Assembly: GCA_041660605.1 (NCBI GenBank)
Contig: JBAZWB010000002.1
Coordinates: 1,431 to 65,430 of the forward strand
Source of the DNA: Patescibacteria group bacterium
GTDB lineage: Bacteria; Patescibacteriota; Patescibacteriia; UBA10025; JAHIVO01
Length of the DNA stretch: 64,000 bases
Reading direction: 5' to 3'
The notes under the pieces are model-generated. The model made no database searches. It saw only the letters and a list, made by a program, of their open reading frames with translations, and was not told the origin of the DNA. Below are positions 48,172-58,739 of the stretch, piece after piece (the stretch's first letter is position 1; each line of letters starts with the position of its first letter). The translations under genes and the position numbers were made by a program.

Positions 48172-49446
48172 TTAAAAACCCTCATAATTCCTCATGACCA
48201 GCTGGGATTCGATCTGCTTGACTATTTCGATAACCACGCTGACCACGATCAGAAGGCTGGTGCCTCCGACCACCAGGGTGGTGATATTCGTGAGCGACTG
48301 CACGATATTCGGCAAAATGGCGATAATGCCCAAAAACAGAGCGCCGCCAAGAATTATTCTGCTGGAAACATAGCCCAAGAAATCAGAGGTCGGCTTGCCT
48401 GGACGGATACCCGGGATAAATCCGCCTTGTTTCTGCAAATTCTCAGAAATCTGAGTCGGATGAAAAACAACGGCTGTATAAAAATAAGTAAACGCCACAA
48501 CTAGAACAAAATAGAAAACGGCATAAAAAAGCTGGTTTTTAAACACTGTAATCACCCAATTAGCCGTTCCGGCCAGCCAGGGTACGGGTGAATTTATAAA
48601 AAAATTGGCGATCATTGACGGGAATAAGACAATAGAAACGGCAAAAATTATCGGGATCACGCCGGCTTGATTGACCCTCATTGGCAGGTGAGTATCGACT
48701 CCGCCGTACATCCTCATGCCGCGTATGCGTTTAGCGTAGGAAACGGGAATATTACGCTGTCCCTCGGTAATGACTACGATAGCTGCTACGGTAATAAGGC
48801 CGATAATCACAAAAGCGATAACCGCCCCGATATTCGAAGCATCAAAAGTGGCGGCTGTCTGCTGAATGCTGGTTGGCACTCTGGCGACTATGCCTGCAAA
48901 AATTATCAGGGAAATGCCGTTGCCAATGTGCTTTTCAGAGATTAATTCGCCTATCCACATGATGAATACGGTGCCCGCAGTAATGGTAATGATGGCTGAA
49001 ATTAAATGAAAGACCGACAAATTGGTAATAATTCCAGCGCCCGACTGTTTTAACAGCGTAATCATGCTATAGGCCTGCAGGGCGGCTAAAGGCACAGTCA
49101 ATAAGCGCTGGTACTGATTCAGCTTATTGCGGCCCGCTTCGCCCTCTTTCTGCATTTCCTCAAGTTTAGGGATAACCATGGTCAGCAGCTGAAAAATGAT
49201 AGAAGCGGTAATATAAGGCGCCACGCCCAGCATGACTACGGAAAAATTTTCCATACCGCCGCCGGAAAAAACATTCAGCAGTCCGAGCAATTGATTACCC
49301 TGGAAAAAATTTTTCAGGCTTTCAATGTTCACGCCGGGTATGGGTATATGGGCGGCCAGGCGAAAAATAAAAAGCATAGCTAGCACGAATAAGATGCGGT
49401 TGCGTAAATCTTTAATTTTCCATATTTGCCTGATCTTCTCCCACAT
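48172..49446 (-). CDS. secY: preprotein translocase subunit SecY
   Basis: 424 aa, 10 TM, follows rplO. Confidence 0.95.
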   Translation of the reverse strand: MWEKIRQIWKIKDLRNRILFVLAMLFIFRLAAHIPIPGVNIESLKNFFQGNQLLGLLNVFSGGGMENFSVVMLGVAPYITASIIFQLLTMVIPKLEEMQKEGEAGRNKLNQYQRLLTVPLAALQAYSMITLLKQSGAGIITNLSVFHLISAIITITAGTVFIMWIGELISEKHIGNGISLIIFAGIVARVPTSIQQTAATFDASNIGAVIAFVIIGLITVAAIVVITEGQRNIPVSYAKRIRGMRMYGGVDTHLPMRVNQAGVIPIIFAVSIVLFPSMIANFFINSPVPWLAGTANWVITVFKNQLFYAVFYFVLVVAFTYFYTAVVFHPTQISENLQKQGGFIPGIRPGKPTSDFLGYVSSRIILGGALFLGIIAILPNIVQSLTNITTLVVGGTSLLIVVSVVIEIVKQIESQLVMRNYEGF

Positions 49447-49448
49447 AG

Positions 49449-49931
49449 CTATTCTTTCTTATGCGTTTTTTTAATATTCTTAACTATCAGCGGAATCAAT
49501 TGGATGCTGCCGCCTGCTTTTTTTATCGCTGTTTCAGCTGCCTTAGAAACCGCATTAACGTTTAAGGTAAATTTTTTCTTAAGAACGGTATTGCCGAGAA
49601 TCTTGATTCCGGCATTTGATGCAGGGACCAGCTTTTTTGCGTGCAATTTTTTTGGCGTAATCAATTCACCGTCATCAAACTTCTTTTCTAGGTCCTGAAG
49701 GTTTACAATCATAAAATTAGGAAAAAAACTCTTGAAACCTCGTGATTTAGGTATCTGCTGAAGCATCTGTTTCAAACCGCGCCTTCTGAGATTTTTTCGG
49801 CCGCCCGAACGGGACCTCTGGCCTTTTACCCCCCGGGTTGAATAATTGCCCCGGCCGGAGCCATTGCCGCGGCCGCGGCGCTTGCTCTGCTTCTTTTTTG
49901 GTGCTTTTAAATTTGATAGAGTTATAGTCAT
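49449..49931 (-). CDS. rplO: 50S ribosomal protein L15
   Basis: Gly/Arg-rich N-term KRRGRGNGSGRG; immediately follows rpsE with no L30 gene between. Confidence 0.92.
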   Translation of the reverse strand: MTITLSNLKAPKKKQSKRRGRGNGSGRGNYSTRGVKGQRSRSGGRKNLRRRGLKQMLQQIPKSRGFKSFFPNFMIVNLQDLEKKFDDGELITPKKLHAKKLVPASNAGIKILGNTVLKKKFTLNVNAVSKAAETAIKKAGGSIQLIPLIVKNIKKTHKKE

Positions 49932-49940
49932 ATACTGTTA

Positions 49941-50447
49941 TTACTGCCTTAATTTCTTGATTTGGTCAACTGTCTTCATCTCCCCCAGCGCCAAAATGGC
50001 AGCTTTGACATTATTAATCTTATTCTTGGTGCCCATAATTTTCGAGACCACGTTCTTAATGCCGGCTAATTCCATTACCGCCCTGAGTGGCCCGCCAGCG
50101 ATTACTCCGGTGCCGGAAGGTGCGGGCTTGAGAAGTATTTTGGCCGCGCCATATTTATAGCGTATAGTGCACGGCAATGAATCGTTGACAATATTTACCT
50201 TAACGAGATTTTTCTTGGCTGATCTGACAGCTTTATTTATGGCCATAGAGACATCTGCGCCTTTTCTCAGGCCCATGCCTACCTGTCCTTTTTTATCACC
50301 AACTACCACGCAGGCCCGGAAACTCATTCTTTTGCCGCCAGCCATGACGCGCGTCACCCGTGCGATATCAATTAATTTCTGCTCGAAATCATCATCCTTC
50401 TTTTGATGCCTGCGATCACCGCCTTTATTATCGCCTCTTCTTGCCAT
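49941..50447 (-). CDS. rpsE: 30S ribosomal protein S5
   Basis: 168 aa; S5 dsRBD + C-terminal domain. Confidence 0.93.
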   Translation of the reverse strand: MARRGDNKGGDRRHQKKDDDFEQKLIDIARVTRVMAGGKRMSFRACVVVGDKKGQVGMGLRKGADVSMAINKAVRSAKKNLVKVNIVNDSLPCTIRYKYGAAKILLKPAPSGTGVIAGGPLRAVMELAGIKNVVSKIMGTKNKINNVKAAILALGEMKTVDQIKKLRQ

Positions 50448-50458
50448 AAATTAATAAA

Positions 50459-50821
50459 TTAAAATTTAAGCCCGCTCTCTCTCATTCCGTCAGCTAATGC
50501 TTTGACCCGGCCGTGATATTTATAGCCGCGCCTGTCAAAGACGATCTTTGTAATCTTTTTCGCTACTGCCAGCTCACCGGCCTTTTTACCGACGCTGAAA
50601 GCGATTTCAATTTTTTTGATATTTTTAGTTTTCTTCACTGTTAAATCAGATGAACTGACCAGGGTTTTTCCTTTTTCATCATCAATCAGCTGAACACTGA
50701 TATGTCTGGCACTGCGGAAAACAGCCACGCGCGGCCGCACAGCAGTACCGTGGATAACTGCCCTGATTCTGCGCACCCGCGCAATTCTTTTTCTATTTTT
50801 TTCCGTTGATTTGTCTTTCAT
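50459..50821 (-). CDS. rplR: 50S ribosomal protein L18
   Basis: operon position, sequence. Confidence 0.9.
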   Translation of the reverse strand: MKDKSTEKNRKRIARVRRIRAVIHGTAVRPRVAVFRSARHISVQLIDDEKGKTLVSSSDLTVKKTKNIKKIEIAFSVGKKAGELAVAKKITKIVFDRRGYKYHGRVKALADGMRESGLKF

Positions 50822-50848
50822 AATATTTTTTTACTTGGAATATATCGA

Positions 50849-51400
50849 TTATCCGGCTCCGGCCGCTTTCACCACTTTGCCGGCTTTTCTTCTTACCACT
50901 TCGTCGATGTATCTGATCCCCTTGCCTTTGTATGGCTCTGGTTTGCGCAGATCCCTTATTTCAGCGGCAATTTGGCCGACCATCTGCTTATCCATGCCGG
51001 AAATTGTGATAACATTCTTCTCAATCTTGGCTTCCAGCTCCTCGGGTATGGGAAATTCAATCGGATGAGAATAACCTAAGATCAAAACTATTTTTTTCCC
51101 TGCCACCGAAGCGCGATAGCCCACACCGTTAATTTCCAGTTTTTTTTCATAGCCCTTGGTTACTCCTTCTATCATATTAGCTAATAGAACCCGGCTCAGT
51201 CCCCAGAGTTCGCGTGATCGCTTTTCTTCCGGTTTACTGACGTCAACGGTGATAATGCTATCTTTTTTTACAAAAATAACGCGGTGATGGAAGTCCTTCT
51301 CGAGCGTGCCTTTCGGGCCTTTGACGAGGACATGCTGCGCCTGAATATTGACTTCAACGCCAGCGGGTATGCTAATTGGTTTTTTTCCGACTCTTGGCAT
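50849..51400 (-). CDS. rplF: 50S ribosomal protein L6
   Basis: MPRVGKKPISIPAGVEV... Confidence 0.93.
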   Translation of the reverse strand: MPRVGKKPISIPAGVEVNIQAQHVLVKGPKGTLEKDFHHRVIFVKKDSIITVDVSKPEEKRSRELWGLSRVLLANMIEGVTKGYEKKLEINGVGYRASVAGKKIVLILGYSHPIEFPIPEELEAKIEKNVITISGMDKQMVGQIAAEIRDLRKPEPYKGKGIRYIDEVVRRKAGKVVKAAGAG

Positions 51401-51411
51401 AATTGTTTAAG

Positions 51412-51807
51412 CTAGTAAATTTCACAAATAACCTCTCCTCCGATTTTATTTTTCTTTACTTCCGTGTTAGTCATCAATCCCCTGGAAGTTGAGATCAGCA
51501 ATATTCCTAATGAAGGTAAGATTCTGGGTACATGCTTATAGCCATGGAATACTTTTCGTCCAGGCTTGCTGATTTTTTTGATGCCTCTGATGACCGACTG
51601 GCCTTCCTTATACTTTAAAACCAGGTGTAAAGATGATCCGGGCTTATTTATATTTTTAATCGTCTGAATCTCTTTGATAAATCCTTCGCGCACTAATATT
51701 TTACCTATTTCAAGCTTAATTTTCGAAGCAGGCACGAATACCTCCGGTAAATTTACCGTTGTTGCGTTCCTTATTCTTGTAAGCATGTCAGCGATTGGAT
51801 CGGTCAT
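51412..51807 (-). CDS. rpsH: 30S ribosomal protein S8
   Basis: MTDPIADMLTRIRNA. Confidence 0.93.
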   Translation of the reverse strand: MTDPIADMLTRIRNATTVNLPEVFVPASKIKLEIGKILVREGFIKEIQTIKNINKPGSSLHLVLKYKEGQSVIRGIKKISKPGRKVFHGYKHVPRILPSLGILLISTSRGLMTNTEVKKNKIGGEVICEIY

Positions 51808-51839
51808 ACTTTTATAGAAAAAACTTAATTAATAATATT

Positions 51840-52025
51840 TTACCAGCTTGACTTGGTTATTCCGGGTATTTCGCCATTATTTGCTAATTCACGGAAGCAG
51901 ATGCGGCAGAGCTTGAATTCCCTCATATAGCCGCGCCTTCTCCCACAGCGCCAGCAGCGCCTGACTATCCTCGAGGAAAACTTAGGTTTCTTTTTCGACT
52001 TCGCTATTTGAGAAGTTTTTGCCAT
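51840..52025 (-). CDS. rpsN: 30S ribosomal protein S14 type Z (zinc-binding, 61 aa)
   Basis: [20 protein letters not shown]. Confidence 0.92.
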   Translation of the reverse strand: MAKTSQIAKSKKKPKFSSRIVRRCWRCGRRRGYMREFKLCRICFRELANNGEIPGITKSSW

Positions 52026-52031
52026 AATTTT

Positions 52032-52574
52032 TTAATTCTTTTTAAATGGAAACCCCAGCAAGGTGAATAAGGCCACTCCCTGGTCATGCGACTGAGCGCT
52101 GGTGGAAATAACAACTTCCAGTCCATGAATCCTTTCCACTTCATCAGAGCGTATTTCCGGGAAAACAACGTGTTCCTTAAAACCGATGCTTAAATTCCCG
52201 CGCTGATCAACGCTCTTCTGCGGTATTCCCTGGAAATCCCGTACGCGCGGTAGGGTAATATTTACCAACTTATCCACAAAATCATACATCCTCTGCCCCC
52301 TGAGAGTTACCATGACACCAACGATGGCACCGGCTCTGATTTTAAAAGCAGAAATGGATTTTTTCGCTTTGGTCAGGACCGGCTTTTGCCCGGAAATTCT
52401 GGTCAGCGTACTGACCACGGTATCGCTGAACTTTTCATCCTTATTATTTTGGTTCAAACCACAATTAATGATAACTTTCAAAATCTTCGGCACGGCCATG
52501 CTGTTTTTCAGACCCAGCTTTTCCTTAATCGCCGGGATGACTGTTTTTTGATATTTTTTCTTTAATTCTGGCAT
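52032..52574 (-). CDS. rplE: 50S ribosomal protein L5
   Basis: 180 aa, position and sequence. Confidence 0.93.
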   Translation of the reverse strand: MPELKKKYQKTVIPAIKEKLGLKNSMAVPKILKVIINCGLNQNNKDEKFSDTVVSTLTRISGQKPVLTKAKKSISAFKIRAGAIVGVMVTLRGQRMYDFVDKLVNITLPRVRDFQGIPQKSVDQRGNLSIGFKEHVVFPEIRSDEVERIHGLEVVISTSAQSHDQGVALFTLLGFPFKKN

Positions 52575-52589
52575 AAAATAAAAAAATAT

Positions 52590-52898
52590 TTATATTGTTG
52601 ACTTACATTTACGGCAAATACGCATCTTTTTTCCTTCATTATTAACCATATATCCCACCCTCACTGCTTTATTGCATTTATTGCAGAACAACAAGACATT
52701 TGAAGCATTCATCGGCGCATTATATCTGACTACCTGTCCTTTTTCGCCCATTTTTTTCGGCCGCACGTTTTTTGCGGTCATATTGGCGCCTTCAACTACC
52801 AGCTTATTCAAATCAGGGAAAACCTGCAGGACTTTGCCTTTCTTGCCTTTGTCCTTGCCGGAGGTAACCTGCACTATGTCGTTTTTTTTGATATTCAT
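52590..52898 (-). CDS. rplX: 50S ribosomal protein L24 with C-terminal CxxC...CxxC
   Basis: KOW motif VTSGKDKGKKGKV; C-term FCNKCNK...ICRKCK. Confidence 0.9.
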   Translation of the reverse strand: MNIKKNDIVQVTSGKDKGKKGKVLQVFPDLNKLVVEGANMTAKNVRPKKMGEKGQVVRYNAPMNASNVLLFCNKCNKAVRVGYMVNNEGKKMRICRKCKSTI

Positions 52899-52909
52899 AA
52901 TTATGATTT

Positions 52910-53281
52910 TTATAACACTTCCGGGGCCAGTGAAATAATTTTCTGAAAGCCCTTGTTTCTTAACTCTCTGGCGACTGGTCCGAAAATTCGGGTGCCTCTC
53001 GGTTCTTTGGTTTTTTTATCAATTATCACGCCGGCATTATCGTCAAATCTGATGTAAGAGCCATCGGGGCGCCGGTATTCCTTATGCTGCCTGACTATCA
53101 CCATATGCACCACTTCGCTTTTTTTTACCATGCCATGCGGCACTGCTTCTTTTATAGTGACCGTGACAATATCTCCTATCATCCCGTATCTTTTTTTATA
53201 TCCGCCCAAAACCTTTATCACCATTACGCGTTTGGCGCCGGTATTGTCTGCTACTGTTAATTTTGACCTTGGTTGAACCAT
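52910..53281 (-). CDS. rplN: 50S ribosomal protein L14
   Basis: 123 aa. Confidence 0.93.
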   Translation of the reverse strand: MVQPRSKLTVADNTGAKRVMVIKVLGGYKKRYGMIGDIVTVTIKEAVPHGMVKKSEVVHMVIVRQHKEYRRPDGSYIRFDDNAGVIIDKKTKEPRGTRIFGPVARELRNKGFQKIISLAPEVL

Positions 53282-53297
53282 AAGAGTTTAATATTTT

Positions 53298-53540
53298 TTA
53301 GACTTTCTTTACTACCGCCCATCTTTTCTGCTTGCTGTGCGGCCTGGCTTCTTCGATCACTACTTTATCTCCGGTATGATACTCGTTCTTCGGATCATGC
53401 GCTTTATATTTTTTTGAAACTTTATATTGCTTGTGGTATTTTGGATGCGTTTTTACCCGGGTAATAAGCACTACGACGGTTTTATCCATTTTGTCGCTGC
53501 TAATTACTCCTTCTAATTTTCTTTTTGGCTTATTATTCAT
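53298..53540 (-). CDS. rpsQ: 30S ribosomal protein S17
   Basis: 80 aa. Confidence 0.9.
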   Translation of the reverse strand: MNNKPKRKLEGVISSDKMDKTVVVLITRVKTHPKYHKQYKVSKKYKAHDPKNEYHTGDKVVIEEARPHSKQKRWAVVKKV

Positions 53541-53549
53541 ACGGATATC

Positions 53550-53771
53550 CTATTTTTTAATGCTTTTACTCTTGAGCTCCTGCACAACTTTTTTTTCTTT
53601 CAATAACGTGAGTATCTGGGCGACCTCTCTTTTAATTGTGCGCAGGTCACGAACATCCTTATACTGCTTTGATGCGATTCTAAACCGCAAATCTCTGGTT
53701 TGCTCTCTTTGCGCTTTCAGGAGAGCGTTGAGTTCAGGCTCTGTCTTTTTCCTTAATTCATTTATTTCCAT
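53550..53771 (-). CDS. rpmC: 50S ribosomal protein L29
   Basis: 73 aa. Confidence 0.88.
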   Translation of the reverse strand: MEINELRKKTEPELNALLKAQREQTRDLRFRIASKQYKDVRDLRTIKREVAQILTLLKEKKVVQELKSKSIKK

Positions 53772-53775
53772 AATA

Positions 53776-54183
53776 TTAATCTTTGCTGATAAACCTTGTA
53801 TTCACGGATAATTTATGCGATGCCAGGCGCATGGCCTCTTTAGCGACCGATTTTTCCACGCCATCGATCTCGAACATAATTGTCCCGGGTTTTACCACGG
53901 CGACATAATGATCAACTGAACCTTTGCCGCCACCCATGCGGACTTCAGAGCCGTGATTGGTTACGGGCTTGTCAGGAAAAATCCTGATCCATATTTTTCC
54001 GCCTTTTTGCACAAAACGCGTCATCGCGCGGCGGGCCGCCTCAATCTGCCGTGAAGAGATCCAGGCGCCTTCCAGCGATTTCAAACCATGGCTGCCAAAA
54101 TCAAGATTAGTCTTAGAGCTGGCCTGTCCGCCAATTCTTCCTTTGTGCCATTTCCGGTGTTTTACTTTTTTTGGGATAAGCAT
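53776..54183 (-). CDS. rplP: 50S ribosomal protein L16
   Basis: [16 protein letters not shown]. Confidence 0.93.
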   Translation of the reverse strand: MLIPKKVKHRKWHKGRIGGQASSKTNLDFGSHGLKSLEGAWISSRQIEAARRAMTRFVQKGGKIWIRIFPDKPVTNHGSEVRMGGGKGSVDHYVAVVKPGTIMFEIDGVEKSVAKEAMRLASHKLSVNTRFISKD

Positions 54184-54186
54184 ACG

Positions 54187-54849
54187 CTATTTCGTTACTT
54201 TGGATTCATTAATTTTCTTAAATATCTGCCCTTTGTAGATCCAGACCTTCACTCCGACTAAGCCGTAAGTAGTATGGGCGGCGCCGCGGGCATAATCTAT
54301 ATCAGCCCGTAAAGTATGCAAAGGTATGCTGCCCTGGGAAAATTTTTCTTTTCTGGCGATTTCCGCTCCGTTCAAGCGTCCGCCGACGAGTATTTTTACA
54401 CCTTTAGCGCCTGCCTGTATGACTTGCTCAATCGATCTCTTAATGGCGCGGCGGAAAGGAATTCTTTTCTCCAGCTGTTCGATTATATTCTGGCTGACCA
54501 GCTGAGCGCTGGTAAATGGATTAGACACTTCATGGATATTCAGGTTCAGCTTGGACTTTTTCTGCAGGAACTTTTTCCTGATTTCTTTCTTCAGGTCTTC
54601 CGCCCCTGCGCCTCCGCGGCCGATAACGATGCCTGGCTTGGAAGTATATAAATTAAGGGTAATCTCGTCTCCGGACCTTTCGACGTCAATATTCGCCACG
54701 CCGGCTTCTTTCAGCCTGACAGCCAGCCATTTCCTGATTCTAATATCCTGCTCCAGATAAGCAGCATAATTCTTATCAGCAAACCATTTTGATTTCCAGT
54801 TGCTGGTGATTATCAGACGAAACGCTTTTGGATGTACTTTTTGCCCCAT
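54187..54849 (-). CDS. rpsC: 30S ribosomal protein S3
   Basis: MGQKVHPKAFRL, KH domain. Confidence 0.93.
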   Translation of the reverse strand: MGQKVHPKAFRLIITSNWKSKWFADKNYAAYLEQDIRIRKWLAVRLKEAGVANIDVERSGDEITLNLYTSKPGIVIGRGGAGAEDLKKEIRKKFLQKKSKLNLNIHEVSNPFTSAQLVSQNIIEQLEKRIPFRRAIKRSIEQVIQAGAKGVKILVGGRLNGAEIARKEKFSQGSIPLHTLRADIDYARGAAHTTYGLVGVKVWIYKGQIFKKINESKVTK

Positions 54850-54850
54850 A

Positions 54851-55402
54851 TTATCTTTCTCCTAGTCTTCTTGTAAATTTATCTTTAATATTTTGAAAGC
54901 TTGAGCCGCTCGGTTTTTTGACTTCTTCGGACGATTCCTCCTGGCCTTTTTTGCCCTTAGCCTCGTGCTTGATATCTTTGAAGTCAACTATCTTTTTTTC
55001 CACTTTTTTTGCTACTCCCTTTTTACCGGCAGCTGCGGCTTTCTTTGATTTCGCTTTCTTACCAGCGCCCGCCTGCTCATCCAGAATAACCGTAATATGC
55101 GAGGATCTTTTCATGATCATGCCGGCCCGGCCAAAGGCCCTGGCTCTCCACCTTTTGATGACCGGCCCCTGGTCCACAAAAATTCTTTTGATGAACAAAT
55201 TGTCTTTGGATAATTTGAAATTATTTTCTGCGTTGGCCTCGGCTGATTTTATCAGCTTCAATACCGGCAAAGCAGCTTCTTTGGTTAAAAAACTCAGCTG
55301 CTGCACGGCTCGCTCCACCGTTTTTCCTGCCACCAGGCTGGTCACCAGCCTGACTTTTCGCGGTGATATCTTCAGAAATCTTAATTTTGCAGTTACTTCC
55401 AT
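54851..55402 (-). CDS. rplV: 50S ribosomal protein L22 with Lys/Ala-rich C-terminal extension
   Basis: 183 aa. Confidence 0.9.
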   Translation of the reverse strand: MEVTAKLRFLKISPRKVRLVTSLVAGKTVERAVQQLSFLTKEAALPVLKLIKSAEANAENNFKLSKDNLFIKRIFVDQGPVIKRWRARAFGRAGMIMKRSSHITVILDEQAGAGKKAKSKKAAAAGKKGVAKKVEKKIVDFKDIKHEAKGKKGQEESSEEVKKPSGSSFQNIKDKFTRRLGER

Positions 55403-55413
55403 ATTAAAAAATA

Positions 55414-55767
55414 TTATTCTTTAGCTTCTTTTTTGGGCGCTTCTTCAGCTTGCGCACTTTGCTGTGCCTTTTTCTCGGCTTCTGCGGCAGCGGCTTCCTC
55501 TTCTCTCTGCATGCGGCCGCCGTGCTTGACGAATTTACGGGTGAGGGAGAATTCGCCCAATTTATGCCCAACCATGTTTTCTATGATAAAAACGGAAATA
55601 TGATCCTTGCCGTTATGGACGCCAAAAGTGAAACCGACCATTTCCGGAGTAATCACCGATGACCTGGACCAGGTCTTGATGACCGTCTTTTCTCCCTGTC
55701 TGACTTTCGACATTTTTTTCAGCAGTTTCGGATCGGTAAATGGGCCTTTTTTTAAACTTCTTGACAT
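55414..55767 (-). CDS. rpsS: 30S ribosomal protein S19 with Glu/Ala/Lys-rich C-terminal tail
   Basis: [12 protein letters not shown]... Confidence 0.92.
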   Translation of the reverse strand: MSRSLKKGPFTDPKLLKKMSKVRQGEKTVIKTWSRSSVITPEMVGFTFGVHNGKDHISVFIIENMVGHKLGEFSLTRKFVKHGGRMQREEEAAAAEAEKKAQQSAQAEEAPKKEAKE

Positions 55768-55790
55768 ATTGTTTGATGGTTTATGACTAA

Positions 55791-55870
55791 TGGCTTATAG
55801 CTTATGGCATATAGCTTATAGCATGTGGCTGATATCTGCACTTACTATACGCCATATGCTATAAGCTACC
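55791..55870. repeat. rplB-rpsS intergenic copies (both orientations) of the ATAAGCTAT / GCTATATGCCATAAGC motif family
   Basis: tggcttatagcttatggcatatagcttatagc ... gccatatgctataagctacc; 98-bp spacer inside the S10 operon. Confidence 0.65.
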
Positions 55871-56696
55871 CTCTTCTTCTAATAATTAATTTATCGGAAT
55901 ATTTCCCCTTTTTCCTGGTTTTAACGCCGAGAGCGGGTTTGCCCCAGGGAGTCTTCGGGTGTTTCAAGCCGATCGGATTATGGCCTTCGCCGCCGCCATG
56001 CGGGTGATCAACCGGATTCATCGCCTTGCCCCTGACTGACGGCCTGATGCCGCGCCAGCGCTTCTTGCCGGCCTTGCCAAGCCTGACATTCTCGTGATCA
56101 ACATTTGAAGCCTGCCCAATGGTGGCCATGCACTCTATGCTGAATTTCCTGATTTCACCTGAGGGCAGCTTTAACTGAGCATAGTCATTTTCAATTGATT
56201 GTATAATCGCCCCCGTACCGGCCGAGCGGACAAAAAAACTGCTTTTTCCCGGCTGAATCTCTATATCATGCACCATAATGCCAACGGGAATTTTTGACAA
56301 TGGCAATCGGTTGCCGACAGCAATGTCCAGCTTTGATTTTGAGGCGGAAATCTCATCGCCGACTTTCAATCCGGCTGGTGCAATGATATATTCCACCTTA
56401 TTATCAGCGTATTTTATCAGGGCCAGCCAGGCAGACCTGCCTGGATCGTATTCAATCGCCACTACTTTTGCAGCTTTATCAATGGCATTGCTCCGGTCAC
56501 TGATGATGCGGTAAAAACTCTTGTGCCCGCCGCCCTGGTGCCGAACGGTGATTTTACCCGTATTGTTGCGGCCACCCTGTATCTTTTTGATAATCAGCAA
56601 ACTTTTTTCCGGAGCTTTTCTTGAAAGCTCGGAACGATCGAGTGCTGAAGCCTGGCGGCGGCCAGCTGTTGTAGGTTTTAGAATATTTACTGTCAT
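55866..56696 (-). CDS. rplB: 50S ribosomal protein L2
   Basis: 276 aa. Confidence 0.95.
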   Translation of the reverse strand: MTVNILKPTTAGRRQASALDRSELSRKAPEKSLLIIKKIQGGRNNTGKITVRHQGGGHKSFYRIISDRSNAIDKAAKVVAIEYDPGRSAWLALIKYADNKVEYIIAPAGLKVGDEISASKSKLDIAVGNRLPLSKIPVGIMVHDIEIQPGKSSFFVRSAGTGAIIQSIENDYAQLKLPSGEIRKFSIECMATIGQASNVDHENVRLGKAGKKRWRGIRPSVRGKAMNPVDHPHGGGEGHNPIGLKHPKTPWGKPALGVKTRKKGKYSDKLIIRRRG

Positions 56697-56705
56697 ATTA
56701 TATGA

Positions 56706-57197
56706 TTATAGCCCTTCCTGGATTTCAATTTTTTCATCGGGCATTAAAGTGACGATCGCTTTTTTCCAGCGCTTTGTCCGGCCTTCTGTGCGGCCGTAAC
56801 GGATTTCTTTGCCATGCATATTTATGATGTTAACTTTGACCACGTCAACGTCATAAAGTCTTTTTATCGCCTGCTTCACCTGAATTTTATTGGCTCTGGG
56901 CGCGACTTCGAAAACATATTGGTGGTTGATGCCCAGCGAAGAGCCTTTTTCCGTAATCAGCGGTTTGATCAAAATCTGGTAAGCCTTTCCGGTGTCCTCT
57001 TTTTTCTGTTTGGACTTCCTGGTTTTTTTGTCCGCTTTTTTCTGAACAGTAGCCATGCGGCCATCGGGAGTAACTACGGTTTCCGAAACCACCTCTTTGC
57101 TCTCCTCTTTAACGGATTCTTTCTTCGGGTATTTTTTTTCTTCCGGCTTCTTCTGTTCAGCGGGTTTTTTTCTTTTGAATTTATCTAAAATTCCCAT
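56706..57197 (-). CDS. rplW: 50S ribosomal protein L23 with about 65-aa Lys-rich N-terminal extension
   Basis: core ...LIKPLITEKG... Confidence 0.88.
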   Translation of the reverse strand: MGILDKFKRKKPAEQKKPEEKKYPKKESVKEESKEVVSETVVTPDGRMATVQKKADKKTRKSKQKKEDTGKAYQILIKPLITEKGSSLGINHQYVFEVAPRANKIQVKQAIKRLYDVDVVKVNIINMHGKEIRYGRTEGRTKRWKKAIVTLMPDEKIEIQEGL

Positions 57198-57198
57198 A

Positions 57199-57828
57199 TT
57201 ATCTTAAGTAAGTTTTTTTAATAACATCCAGACTGTCTTTCGTAATAACCAGATACTGGAAGTTTAATATGTCAATAATATTCAAGCTGTCCGCGTTCAG
57301 TAATTTTGCCCCAGAAATATTGCGCACGGATTTTTTCACTTTTTCATCATTCTTGCCGGTTATCAGCAGGGCTGTTTTTTTGACTTTCAATTTGGCTAAA
57401 ATATGGACAATCTGCTTCGTCTTTATTTTCACCAATTCCAGTTTATCTAAAATAATAATTTTCCCATCTTTTGCCTTGTCGGTGAGAACCATGAATAAGG
57501 CTTTCTTTTTTGCTTTTTTATTTAGCTTTAATTCATAATTACGGTCGCTTTGCGGACCGAAAGTAACGCCGCCGCCTTTCCAGATTGGCGAGCGTATGGA
57601 TCCGTGCCGCGCCCGACCGGTGCCTTTTTGCTTCCAGGGCTTGCGTCCTCCGCCTCTGACTTCTGATCTGTCTTTTGAATGGGCGACAGCTACGCGTTTA
57701 TTGGCCATCTGCGTCCTGACTGACTGCATCACCAATCCGGCATTGGCTTTTACTTCAAAAATTTTCGGTTCAAGCTTTACTTCGCCGACTTCCTTACCTT
57801 CTGTATTGTAAACTTTTACTTTTAACAT
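57199..57828 (-). CDS. rplD: 50S ribosomal protein L4
   Basis: 209 aa. Confidence 0.93.
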   Translation of the reverse strand: MLKVKVYNTEGKEVGEVKLEPKIFEVKANAGLVMQSVRTQMANKRVAVAHSKDRSEVRGGGRKPWKQKGTGRARHGSIRSPIWKGGGVTFGPQSDRNYELKLNKKAKKKALFMVLTDKAKDGKIIILDKLELVKIKTKQIVHILAKLKVKKTALLITGKNDEKVKKSVRNISGAKLLNADSLNIIDILNFQYLVITKDSLDVIKKTYLR

Positions 57829-57834
57829 ATTTAA

Positions 57835-58557
57835 CTATTTAGTCTTTTTCTTATCTGCTGTTTTGGCCGGAGTTTTTTCTTTATCAGCGGTTTTCTCGGC
57901 TGGAGCTGGAGCAGCAACGGTTTCATTTTTCTCGGTTGGCGCCAATTTTATTTCCCCGGCAGCCGATATCCTCACCAGGCTATGCCTGGCGCCCGGCAAA
58001 GCGCCTTTGATAAAAAGCAGATCATTAGCCGCGTCTATTTCAATAATTTCTAAATTCTTGACGCTGGCCTGGGCATTTCCCATATGGCCGGCCATCCTCA
58101 TCCCTTTGAAAACTCTCTGCGGGTCAGTGGAACCGATTGAGCCTGGCATGCGTACCTGGTCTTTAGTGCCATGAGTAGTCCGGTGGCCTTTGAACCCGTG
58201 CCTTTTGACCACTCCCTGAAATCCCTTGCCTTTGGAAATTCCGGTAACGTTGACCATCTCCCCTGGCTGGAAAATCTGGACATTTAAAATATCGCCTCTT
58301 TTTAAATTTAAAACGCCCGCTTCAACAAACTCGGCTAAACTGCTGTATTCCGGCAATCCTTTGAGGTGCCCCTTGGCCGGCTTGTTTATTTTATGGCTGC
58401 CGAATCCAAGCTGAACGGCCTGATATCCGTCATTTTCCTTTGTTTTGACCTGGGTCACGTGGCACGGACCGGCTTTTACAACCGTTACCGGCATTACCTT
58501 GCCGTCATCAGCGAACCGCTGGGTCATTTCTATTTTTTCTCCGATTATGAATTTCAT
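57835..58557 (-). CDS. rplC: 50S ribosomal protein L3 (start at MKFIIGEKIEMTQRF preferred; ORF-track start 58647 gives implausible 30-aa leader)
   Basis: L3 consensus N-term begins at internal Met; C-terminal Ala/Pro/Lys-rich tail. Confidence 0.88.
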   Translation of the reverse strand: MKFIIGEKIEMTQRFADDGKVMPVTVVKAGPCHVTQVKTKENDGYQAVQLGFGSHKINKPAKGHLKGLPEYSSLAEFVEAGVLNLKRGDILNVQIFQPGEMVNVTGISKGKGFQGVVKRHGFKGHRTTHGTKDQVRMPGSIGSTDPQRVFKGMRMAGHMGNAQASVKNLEIIEIDAANDLLFIKGALPGARHSLVRISAAGEIKLAPTEKNETVAAPAPAEKTADKEKTPAKTADKKKTK

Positions 58558-58739
58558 AAAATATTTTAATACAAAAAACCGGTCATTTTTGGAGTTCGCC
58601 AGAATTATTAGTGCTCCGGAAAAACCGGCCTTTCTATCATCTGGCAAATCGTTATCTGAGGATTAGAACAGATTGTACAAGAATTGTCATCCTCAGAACC
58701 TATTCACCTGTTATATTTTATAATGAATAAGTTGCGAGA

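Noticed and set aside
57835-58647. Long form of rplC with a 30-aa N-terminal leader (MPDDRKAGFSGALIILANSKNDRFFVLKYF)
   Set aside because: The L3 consensus N-terminus (MKFIIGEKIEMTQ) begins at the internal Met (58557). The leader has no counterpart in L3 proteins and is likely read-through of the rpsJ-rplC spacer. This is not certain, because neither start has a clear SD.
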